From a virus (lineage: Duplodnaviria; Caudoviricetes), in IMG/VR virus record IMGVR_UViG_3300037502_002351, positions 1 through 48,552 of that record: a DNA stretch of 48,552 bases; one strand, written 5' to 3'. Numbering within the stretch: the first letter of the stretch is position 1; each line of letters starts with the position of its first letter. Below, piece after piece: positions 40,819-48,552 of this stretch. A program made the position numbers and the translations under genes. Below the pieces are notes generated by a model. The model saw only the letters and a list, made by a program, of their open reading frames with translations, did not search any database and was not told the DNA's origin.

Positions 40819-41520
40819 TTAAGTATTTAACTTTTCATTTCTTTTTAAAATAACGCTTATCGTTTTATGCCACTTATTTATGTCAGAGTATATTTTATGA
40901 TATATTTCACTGTCTTTAGGGATGGCAGTATTAGAATTTAAAAAGTTAATTTCATAAGTTGGATTTATTAAATCATCAATAGTTAAAGAAAGAGTTAATT
41001 TTAATGCACTTTGTCTTGATTTTTTCGTTCCACTTAATCCGCCAATTACTGCACCGACTCCTCCTGCTAAGATATTCCCGACTATTGCGCCGCCAATAGC
41101 AGAACCTTTAGATGTTTTTGTGACAGTTTCATCATTTTCAATAATTGCTGATTCAATAATATCCTTAAAATCAATTAAGTGAAAATTAAAATCATCTTGG
41201 GTGTTTTTTCTATTTAAAACTGCGATTTTATTCATTGTCTTATTGATGGCTATGCCTGATAAATAATCATCACTTAAATAAGAATCATCTGCTATAAAAT
41301 TATTTTTAATTAATGCTTTGTCAAGAGATTTTTCAATATTGGTTTGGTATTGTTCTGAATGTTTAATATTTGTGTATATTAGTAAACCTAAAAAAGCAAA
41401 CATTAAAAGAAAAAACCAAGGAGTAAAAACAAAAACAAGAAGAAACGATATAAGATAACATGAGAAAAGAATAAAGATTCTTAAACGCCTATTCATACCA
41501 ATTAATTTATCAATTATCAT
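40819..41520 (-). CDS. Moron-like membrane protein
   Basis: Two N-terminal TM helices, Gly-rich GGAIVG...GGVGAVIGG; own TG-TATGAT upstream and terminator at 40776-40812; AGAGGTG RBS before ATG 41520. Confidence 0.75.
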   Translation of the reverse strand: MIIDKLIGMNRRLRIFILFSCYLISFLLVFVFTPWFFLLMFAFLGLLIYTNIKHSEQYQTNIEKSLDKALIKNNFIADDSYLSDDYLSGIAINKTMNKIAVLNRKNTQDDFNFHLIDFKDIIESAIIENDETVTKTSKGSAIGGAIVGNILAGGVGAVIGGLSGTKKSRQSALKLTLSLTIDDLINPTYEINFLNSNTAIPKDSEIYHKIYSDINKWHKTISVILKRNEKLNT

Positions 41521-41693
41521 AATCCCACCTCTTTTGTAAGCTTTTACATTATCATACCACATACACTAAAAGAAGGGTAGGGGAGGAGATATTTGCGCAT
41601 AATATCTCCCTTTTTAATTAGTAACTAATAGTGGATGTATACACTATTAAGTTGCAACCTAAATTGTATATACATTATATATTGAAAAACACT

Positions 41694-42862
41694 TTATATC
41701 GTTAACTTTTGATCGATTTCTTTAATTTTTAATATCAAATTATTATACATTTCTTTTTGTTTTACTCTCCAGAAAAAGTCAAAATGTAAACAAATAAGTG
41801 GTATGTTATTCTTTTTGCAAATTTCAATCTTTTTATTTTTGTTTTTGTTATAAAATTCGTTGCCCTCTATACCAAAAATCTCTACAAAATATTTTCTATT
41901 ATTGCATTCAATGACAAAATCAAAAGTATATTTCTTATCAATATTTTTAATCCATGTAGAGTATTTTACGTCTTTTTCATATGGATTCTTATACTTTTCC
42001 AACATTTGAGCAAATAAATGTTCCATTCTAGAAAAGCATTTTGTTCCACTTTTTGTATAATATACTTTATGCTTATTTGACTCCATTCCTGCTTCGTTCA
42101 AGGCATTAACAAAGCTTCCGAATTTAAGAAGATACGTACTTGGGGAAGCTAAGTGGGGATAGTTATTTAAATCAAGTTGATTTGGAGTCCTGCCTAACTC
42201 ATTTTTAAGCCATATTAAATCTTTTATTAATTCCTCTTTTGTTTTACCCCTTCCAACTTCAGTCGGAATTAACCCACAATATTTTTGTAAATCATGTATA
42301 CTCCCAAAATAAGCTATATAAGTACTCGCAGAATTGCAATATCCTTTTTTACTATAAAAATCTAAATCCCTACTTGTTGGTGTTCGATTTAGCATTTTAG
42401 CCAATTCTTTATATTTATTAGCTAATTCTAATTTAAATTTTTCTTTATTAAAAGTATTGACATCATAACCAATCAATCGATAAGCTTCTGTTAAACTACC
42501 AAATCTTTTATGATAAACTGAGTCAGTAGGTAAATTTTTATTTGCAGTAATTTCTTTAGCTGTCAACAGTCTATTTTCTTTTTAATCATTTTTTCTGTTT
42601 CTTGTTTCAATAAATCTAATAATACATTATCTGGTAATTGCTCTCGATTGAAGTATCTTAGCCTTTCTTTTGGTATTTCAATACCTGCTTTTAATATTGC
42701 GTTTTGAAAACTGCCAAATCTATCAACATAAGTTCTACCACTAGGTAAGCCATTTTTTGAATTGAAGTCTCTATAAGTAGGAAATTTAATTTTACTATAA
42801 TTCTTTAATATTTCTAATAATTCTTCATCAGTATATTTTTCATTAAAATGTCTTTTATTCAA
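41694..42862 (-). CDS. Free-standing endonuclease with homing-endonuclease-associated repeats and PD-(D/E)XK domain, split into two ORFs (42862..42563, 42566..41694) by a -1 frameshift
   Basis: Repeated P...Y..RFGS...A units in both ORFs; C-terminal S.ME...YTFDF...YFVEIFG. Confidence 0.7.
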
Positions 42863-42870
42863 TTTAAAAC

Positions 42871-42967
42871 TACCTCCGCATAGTTTATTTCTCCGAAATA
42901 AAAAATGAGGAAGGGTGTTCGGAGTTACACCTTTTCGATAAAGTTGATCAGACTTTATCTATCCTCT
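42871..42967 (-). ncRNA. Candidate structured cis-regulatory RNA leader
   Basis: Three-way junction with loop CTCCGAA complementary to downstream TTCGGAG and to the RBS. Confidence 0.5.
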
Positions 42968-43037
42968 AGTTTTATTATATATTATTTACTATTCTTTGTG
43001 AATATTCATAATATACTTTCTTAGCTAAGAAAATACT

Positions 43038-44045
43038 TTATTTAATCTCAAATATCTGATTTTTCTCGTCTTCAAAATCACGGAGATCATATATCTGAGT
43101 TGTACTAACATTTTCATGATGAGCCACAAATTTAGAAACAAGATTAATGTCAACGCCACTTTCAAGAAGATATGTAATGCATGAGTTTTTAAAAATATGT
43201 ACATTTATTCTTCTACCAAGAATAGGTGATAACACCTCTGAACAAAAATAATCTGCCCATGTTACTGATAAAGGTTTAATTTCGCCTTTATATTTTGTAG
43301 TAAAAACATATTCACTTTCGTATCCACGAGAATCAATCCATTTTTTCCAATATTCTAACACATCTAATGGGATCATGTATTGAAGAGGTTTACCGTCAGT
43401 CGATTTTCCTTTTCCTCTTACAACGTGAGATAAGACATAATTTTGTCCTTCAGGAATAGGGTAGTCAAGAATTTCTGTACGAAATTGAATGATTTCAGCG
43501 CGTCTAGCACCAACTCTAAAAGCAGTTGCTAACCAAGCCATTCCAAGCCAGTTTTCATCAGATTCTAATACTTTCATCATTTCTTGATATTCTTCATATG
43601 TGACTTTTACTTTATCATACACTCTATTTTTAGGAATAGGAGGAAGACCTCGAGTAAAATTACGAAACTGCTTATAATTATCATCTTCATCAGCAACTAC
43701 ATTTTCAATATAGTTACATAAACTAGAAACACATGCTTTTTTAAAATTCAAAGCACTAGAAGATAACTTCCTTACATCACGCAAATAGCTAATATACCGC
43801 AAAAAATCACGTTTCGTTACTTTGTACAGAGGTTTATTATTCATTGAGTCATACATAAACCACCCAAATTGTCTCAAACCTGATTTATATTGTTTTTTAG
43901 TTTGCGGACTGTGATTTTGTACAGTTAAATATTCATCGACTAACATACGATAATCCTCATTAACCTTTTCCCACATCTCATCAGTTACTTCGGGTAATTT
44001 TGGGGCACGTTCACGAATCATATTCTTTTCAATGTTTTTACTCAC
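43038..44045 (-). CDS. Tyrosine recombinase in the tail module
   Basis: SAM-like N-terminus; GARRAE, GKG, HIFKN, AHHE, TTQIY. Confidence 0.85.
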   Translation of the reverse strand: MSKNIEKNMIRERAPKLPEVTDEMWEKVNEDYRMLVDEYLTVQNHSPQTKKQYKSGLRQFGWFMYDSMNNKPLYKVTKRDFLRYISYLRDVRKLSSSALNFKKACVSSLCNYIENVVADEDDNYKQFRNFTRGLPPIPKNRVYDKVKVTYEEYQEMMKVLESDENWLGMAWLATAFRVGARRAEIIQFRTEILDYPIPEGQNYVLSHVVRGKGKSTDGKPLQYMIPLDVLEYWKKWIDSRGYESEYVFTTKYKGEIKPLSVTWADYFCSEVLSPILGRRINVHIFKNSCITYLLESGVDINLVSKFVAHHENVSTTQIYDLRDFEDEKNQIFEIK

Positions 44046-44077
44046 ATTATCACCACCTTTATAATTATCTTTATATT

Positions 44078-44500
44078 TTACTCAACATCAAAACCAGCAT
44101 CTTTTAAATCCTTTTTCATAGCTTCTTTTAAAGTATTAGAATTACGCAGTTCTTCACGCGCGTTTGTGATGAAAGGTCTTGGTTTTTCATAAGCATAACC
44201 GTATCCTGAATAATCGTACCCAATACCAGTCTCGATCACTTCAGGAATATACTTTTCACCATCTGTTCTTGTGTTGAATACAGCAATCCCATCATCCGTA
44301 TTCTCAACGTCCCAAGATTCTCTCAATAATCCTGTGCGTTCATATTGCTTAGGCTCATAAACAGCATATACATCTTTATCAACATGCTTCTTACCAGTTT
44401 CAACAACTGTATTTTTCACATATTTACCATTTTGCAAAGCTTTTTTAGCTTGCTCATTTATATATTTTTCAAGCTCTTTTAAATTCTTAAAATTCGGCAT
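44078..44500 (-). CDS. Putative tail completion protein (HK97 gp10-like)
   Basis: Y.RTG.L..S and PRPF motifs. Confidence 0.65.
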   Translation of the reverse strand: MPNFKNLKELEKYINEQAKKALQNGKYVKNTVVETGKKHVDKDVYAVYEPKQYERTGLLRESWDVENTDDGIAVFNTRTDGEKYIPEVIETGIGYDYSGYGYAYEKPRPFITNAREELRNSNTLKEAMKKDLKDAGFDVE

Positions 44501-44503
44501 AAT

Positions 44504-45031
44504 CTATTCCACGCTTTCTTTAGCGTTATCTTCAAACTTACTTAAAATTTGCATACGGAAAATGTCCAATTTTTCTAATTTGCGTTGTAAATCTTTCTCT
44601 AATTTCTCAAAGAAAATCGCACGACTATTGATATCCGTTACAGCATCCATCACTTTATGTAATTCTTGAGGTAAGAACACTTCGTTAATAATCTTCGCAT
44701 AATAACCAGTATCAATAAGCCATTCCATTTCTTGCAATTGTTTTTCAAATTCATCAGAAATACTATCTTTGAGGTGAGTGAAATATTTAATACAGAGGAA
44801 GTTAATATAGTGAAGAATGAATGTGTCATTAATTTCAGCGTTAATCTTATTTGCATAGTTCATTTTTTCAGCCAATTCTTGCAATAATTCCTCAATTACT
44901 GATACCTTAAAGAAAGGATGAAACTTTAACTCTTTTCCATCATCAAATGTATAAGTTTCAACTGTATCAAGTTCTTTATGTTTCTTTTTAACATCTGTCA
45001 TTTTCAACAGATTAGATTTTTTACGAGCCAT
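44504..45031 (-). CDS. Putative tail assembly chaperone
   Basis: Position after major tail protein; helical composition. Confidence 0.55.
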   Translation of the reverse strand: MARKKSNLLKMTDVKKKHKELDTVETYTFDDGKELKFHPFFKVSVIEELLQELAEKMNYANKINAEINDTFILHYINFLCIKYFTHLKDSISDEFEKQLQEMEWLIDTGYYAKIINEVFLPQELHKVMDAVTDINSRAIFFEKLEKDLQRKLEKLDIFRMQILSKFEDNAKESVE

Positions 45032-45130
45032 TAATTTGACCTCCTTTTATTCATAGAGAATAGGGGAGGGTAGGGAGAACCCACCCTCTAAATAAAATTG
45101 ACATTTTAATTATTTTTATATTTTTATTAA

Positions 45131-45862
45131 TTAAAGACGAGCAACCTCAACAATACGTCCAATTTGATTCGTAGAAGAATCAGCCATAGCATTAAATGTT
45201 AATTCAGGTGTTAAAGCAGAACCATTTTCAAATGACATATCAAAAGAACCAGATGGGATAACATTATCAAATTGGAAGTAAATATCTTTTACAACTTTAT
45301 TAGTTTCAGCATCATATTCAATAGTACGATATTCAACTTCATAGTTTTCAGAGAACTTAGAAGCGTCAAGAGTAACAACATCTCCTGTTACTGATTTTTT
45401 GTAAATAACATCAACCTTTTCATTTGCGACAGCATGACCAGTAGGAATAGTTACTTTATTTCCTGTAATTGTCGCTTGTTCAGATTCACCATTTTTATTA
45501 ATAACTGTGGCAGTTGTGTCAGCAGGTGTTCCTGTTAATGTAACTTCAAGTGTACCTGCATTATCAACAACAGTTAAACCTTTCTCAACTTCATTAACCT
45601 CAACAGAGCCATTTGTTACAGAAACGCCTTGAGTCATTGCCAACCATTCTAAGTCAAATGTAGCATTGCGTACAGTAAGTGTTACTTCTTTTGAATGTCT
45701 TACAGTATATAGAGGTTTATTTCCAATTCCACCTCTGATAATCTCTTCCGAAATAGATTGAGCAATAGAAGCTAGTTGAGCTTCCGCTGTAAATACAGCG
45801 TGACCATCTGACTTTCTACGAAATACAACATCACAAGTGTCTGCAATATAAGTTTTTCCCAT
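45131..45862 (-). CDS. Major tail (tube) protein
   Basis: IRGGIGN, beta-rich composition, position in the module, strong RBS and terminator. Confidence 0.7.
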   Translation of the reverse strand: MGKTYIADTCDVVFRRKSDGHAVFTAEAQLASIAQSISEEIIRGGIGNKPLYTVRHSKEVTLTVRNATFDLEWLAMTQGVSVTNGSVEVNEVEKGLTVVDNAGTLEVTLTGTPADTTATVINKNGESEQATITGNKVTIPTGHAVANEKVDVIYKKSVTGDVVTLDASKFSENYEVEYRTIEYDAETNKVVKDIYFQFDNVIPSGSFDMSFENGSALTPELTFNAMADSSTNQIGRIVEVARL

Positions 45863-45907
45863 TGATTATTACCTCCTGAAAAATTTTTATAAATAAAAAA
45901 TGATGGC

Positions 45908-46633
45908 TTATTTGCCATCACCGAATAAACTATTTGCTTTATTTTCTAATTCATCGCGAGTAATAAAGTGTTTCTCTTCTTCAAATAGATTAATATGTTT
46001 ACACCAGCTTTCAATTTTATTTTTTTCAGTAGAAACAGTAGCAAATAAAGTGCTAGTGTCGTATCCTTTAATTTGAGCAATACGATGAAATGTCATATAT
46101 AGTTGATATATTGTCATCTCATTAATGTCTCGATAGCTTAACCCATTGTAACCGACAACACTTGAAACGATGTCGGCGAATGTTAACGGTTCATTATCTT
46201 GCTGTTTTACACGTCTACTTTTTTCAATAAATTTTTGAATTTCTGGATTAGGATTAATTATTTCCTCTTTAACACAATTCATATCCATAATTAACTTTCT
46301 ATAATAATCAAAATTTTGATTATTAATTTTATATAAAACTTCTTCGTCACCAAACACCTTGAGCAATACACGATAATATGCCATTTGAATTTCAGGTATA
46401 CCTGTAACAATTTCGAATAAACTTAATTTTTCTAACTCTTTAATAAACTCATCTAACTCATGATTTTTATTTAATTCATGATATTTATAAATGATATGTA
46501 ACTTGTTAAGTGACATAATTTGCAAATCCGCAAAATAATCAGGATACTCTTTTACTTTGATAAATTCACATTGACCAATTTCTGTTTCAATTGGAAGTCC
46601 TAAAATGTAGAAGTCTTTAATGTCTTTCATCAT
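45908..46633 (-). CDS. Hypothetical structural-module protein
   Basis: Long coupled ORF; INEMTIYQL motif. Confidence 0.7.
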   Translation of the reverse strand: MMKDIKDFYILGLPIETEIGQCEFIKVKEYPDYFADLQIMSLNKLHIIYKYHELNKNHELDEFIKELEKLSLFEIVTGIPEIQMAYYRVLLKVFGDEEVLYKINNQNFDYYRKLIMDMNCVKEEIINPNPEIQKFIEKSRRVKQQDNEPLTFADIVSSVVGYNGLSYRDINEMTIYQLYMTFHRIAQIKGYDTSTLFATVSTEKNKIESWCKHINLFEEEKHFITRDELENKANSLFGDGK

Positions 46634-47100
46634 TTAGCACTTCCAAATTCATATGATAATTGATATCCTATATAGCCATCTTTTCCAACACGAATAGGAA
46701 CTCCGCCACGAAATGCGATTTTCCCCATACCTGTAATTCGCTCATCATGCAACAATGAATTTACATGATCACAAATCCAAGCCAAACGAAAATCTGCCTC
46801 ATCCATTTTAATAGGGACTAAAATATCAATATTTACAACTTGTTTTGCAACATTGTAATTGTAAGTATTATACCGATTGTTAGGATAAATCAACACTCTG
46901 CCTTTATTTCTTTCCACAGTCAAATCATCAACAACAATACTGCGCTTTATTAAATCATTTTTGATATTTTGATCTGTAATATCAGGCTTATCAAGTGGAT
47001 CGTCATAATAACTTGTAGAAGGATAGTAGAGGAGTTTTAGTAAGGGTTGATTATTATAGAAAACCGTATATAATTCAATAAGATTTTCTCTCATTCTCAT
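46630..47100 (-). CDS. Putative tail terminator / neck protein
   Basis: Size and position. Confidence 0.55.
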   Translation of the reverse strand: MRMRENLIELYTVFYNNQPLLKLLYYPSTSYYDDPLDKPDITDQNIKNDLIKRSIVVDDLTVERNKGRVLIYPNNRYNTYNYNVAKQVVNIDILVPIKMDEADFRLAWICDHVNSLLHDERITGMGKIAFRGGVPIRVGKDGYIGYQLSYEFGSAK

Positions 47101-47102
47101 CC

Positions 47103-47420
47103 TTACTCAACTCCTTTTATAATTTTATCAACAAGATTTAAACATTCTAATACTTTTCTGCGTACATCTTCATGCACAATATCTTCAAAAAAGATGTCAT
47201 CATAAATACTGTGCATGGTGATTAACAACGAAAGAAATTTCATTTCTTGTTTTAGTGGTTCATAAAATAATGATAATCCATATAATTTATTTATAATTTT
47301 CTTTGTATGAATATCCACAAATTCATTTCCTTCTTCAACAAGGGGAAGGATTTTATAAATATCATTTTTTAAATAATTTAGATATTCATATGCAGTTAAT
47401 TGTTTCTCCATTTCAATCAC
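47103..47420 (-). CDS. Hypothetical structural-module protein
   Basis: Coupled ORF; IYKILPL.E. Confidence 0.65.
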   Translation of the reverse strand: MIEMEKQLTAYEYLNYLKNDIYKILPLVEEGNEFVDIHTKKIINKLYGLSLFYEPLKQEMKFLSLLITMHSIYDDIFFEDIVHEDVRRKVLECLNLVDKIIKGVE

Positions 47421-47425
47421 TCACT

Positions 47426-48094
47426 TTATAACTTCTCAGCCAATACAATTAGCACTCCTTTATCTTTGATGGTTTGAGAACGATCAATACCGTAAATTCG
47501 ATACTTTGTGTTGAATATCTCAAATTCTTTACCAACTGTAATATATTCGTTTGTTTGGTTTTGAATTTTTAATGCAATTCGTGTATCGACTATATTAATT
47601 TGTTCATTGTTTCCATCATATAATTCTCGAACAGATTGTACGATACATGGAATTGTAACAGTTGAACCGGGAATTTCTTCGTATTGTTCTTCTCCCCATG
47701 GTGTTGTACCAATTAAAACTAGAGTAGGGGGAGTTTGAAAAATCATTTCACCATTACATAATTCAATTTTTATAACATCAGAAAGTTGATTTTCAAATTT
47801 ATCTGTAATAATCCATTTTTCATTATTAAAATCAACTAAACAACCTATATCAAAATGAAAATCAGGATATAAAATTAAACGTTTTTCTTTATATTCTTTA
47901 CCTTCAGTAACACGAACCATTACATCGTGAACTGTGTTAGAAAAGTCTGTGATTTGCACTGTACGACAATCAGGATATTCTTTAAAATACTTGCCGATAA
48001 ATCGTTTGGAAACATCCATCATACTTTGAGTCTCTGAACCACCTGTATTCGCCACTTTACGCTTATAAAACTCTAAATAATCCATAATAAACAC
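47426..48094 (-). CDS. Putative head closure protein
   Basis: Beta-rich, IPC motif, position. Confidence 0.55.
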   Translation of the reverse strand: MFIMDYLEFYKRKVANTGGSETQSMMDVSKRFIGKYFKEYPDCRTVQITDFSNTVHDVMVRVTEGKEYKEKRLILYPDFHFDIGCLVDFNNEKWIITDKFENQLSDVIKIELCNGEMIFQTPPTLVLIGTTPWGEEQYEEIPGSTVTIPCIVQSVRELYDGNNEQINIVDTRIALKIQNQTNEYITVGKEFEIFNTKYRIYGIDRSQTIKDKGVLIVLAEKL

Positions 48095-48517
48095 CTACGT
48101 CATAAAGTAATACATTTTAGATAAATCATTATCTTCCTTCTCATATACTTCCTTTAAATCTAATAAACGTTGCAGGTGGTTTGCAGAAGAGAAGATTTTA
48201 TAATCCTTTGAACCTAAAGATTGACGAATATTTTCTTCACGTAAAATCATCGGTGTGAGCCATTCTAACACCATTTTTGTAGCTAAAATTTCTTGTTCTA
48301 ATTCAGTCAACTCAATTGAAAACTGTTTATTAACATCGTCACGTTGAGATAAGTCTTTTACACAATAGTGAAACTTAGGAATAGCACCTTGAAGATATTT
48401 TAATAAAATTTCATCGAACAATTGAGGGTCACTGTTAGCTGTTTCTTTTAGCTCATAATCATTAATTTTACTTAGAAAACGGCTATAAATCTTATCATAT
48501 GTGGTCATAAGAACCAC
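48095..48517 (-). CDS. Putative head-tail adaptor
   Basis: Helical 140 aa ORF; position upstream of neck genes. Confidence 0.55.
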   Translation of the reverse strand: MVLMTTYDKIYSRFLSKINDYELKETANSDPQLFDEILLKYLQGAIPKFHYCVKDLSQRDDVNKQFSIELTELEQEILATKMVLEWLTPMILREENIRQSLGSKDYKIFSSANHLQRLLDLKEVYEKEDNDLSKMYYFMT

Positions 48518-48552
48518 CTACTTTACACAATGTTTTGGTCAATTTCTTCAAA

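Noticed and set aside
85-44856. Antisense and nested ORFs such as 85..420, 1630..1839, 22209..22769, 29544..29957 and 37373..37825
   Set aside because: Shadow frames of well-supported genes.
44078-45031. Classic tail-chaperone programmed frameshift
   Set aside because: No convincing slippery heptamer with an extended overlapping frame at the end of 44504..45031.
1-48552. CRISPR array, tRNA, rRNA, reverse transcriptase, inteins
   Set aside because: None seen by eye: no regular repeat-spacer array, cloverleaf, YADD-type RT or intein junction motifs. A tRNA could be missed without a scan.

Overview
Part of a large, AT-rich, SPbeta-like temperate siphovirus of Bacillaceae (host and phage family are inferred from gene content). 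The + strand arm (1-23538) starts with the 3' end of an IscB-type element. It then carries three DNA methyltransferases, many small ORFs, a class II ribonucleotide reductase split by two group I introns (one encoding a LAGLIDADG endonuclease), thioredoxin, dUTPase, a two-subunit type IIA topoisomerase, ThyA, DHFR, RuvC and a large serine recombinase. The - strand arm (23672-48552) carries head-tail connectors, major tail protein, a tyrosine recombinase, tape measure, Dit, Tal/fibre genes and lysis genes. Main observations: (1) the tape-measure gene is interrupted by four ORF-less group I introns in tandem, with exons of 156, 176 and 41 nt, and splices exactly to 2209 aa; (2) an 18-bp palindrome ATAAAA-N6-TTTTAT repeatedly brackets single genes and a tail block, suggesting an integron-like cassette system; (3) a DGR-type variable tail protein has no template repeat or reverse transcriptase in the window; (4) a 50-bp attP-like inverted repeat lies inside the 3' end of the serine recombinase gene; (5) a pseudoknotted RNA leader precedes a free-standing nuclease. 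All analysis was done by eye, with no database searches.
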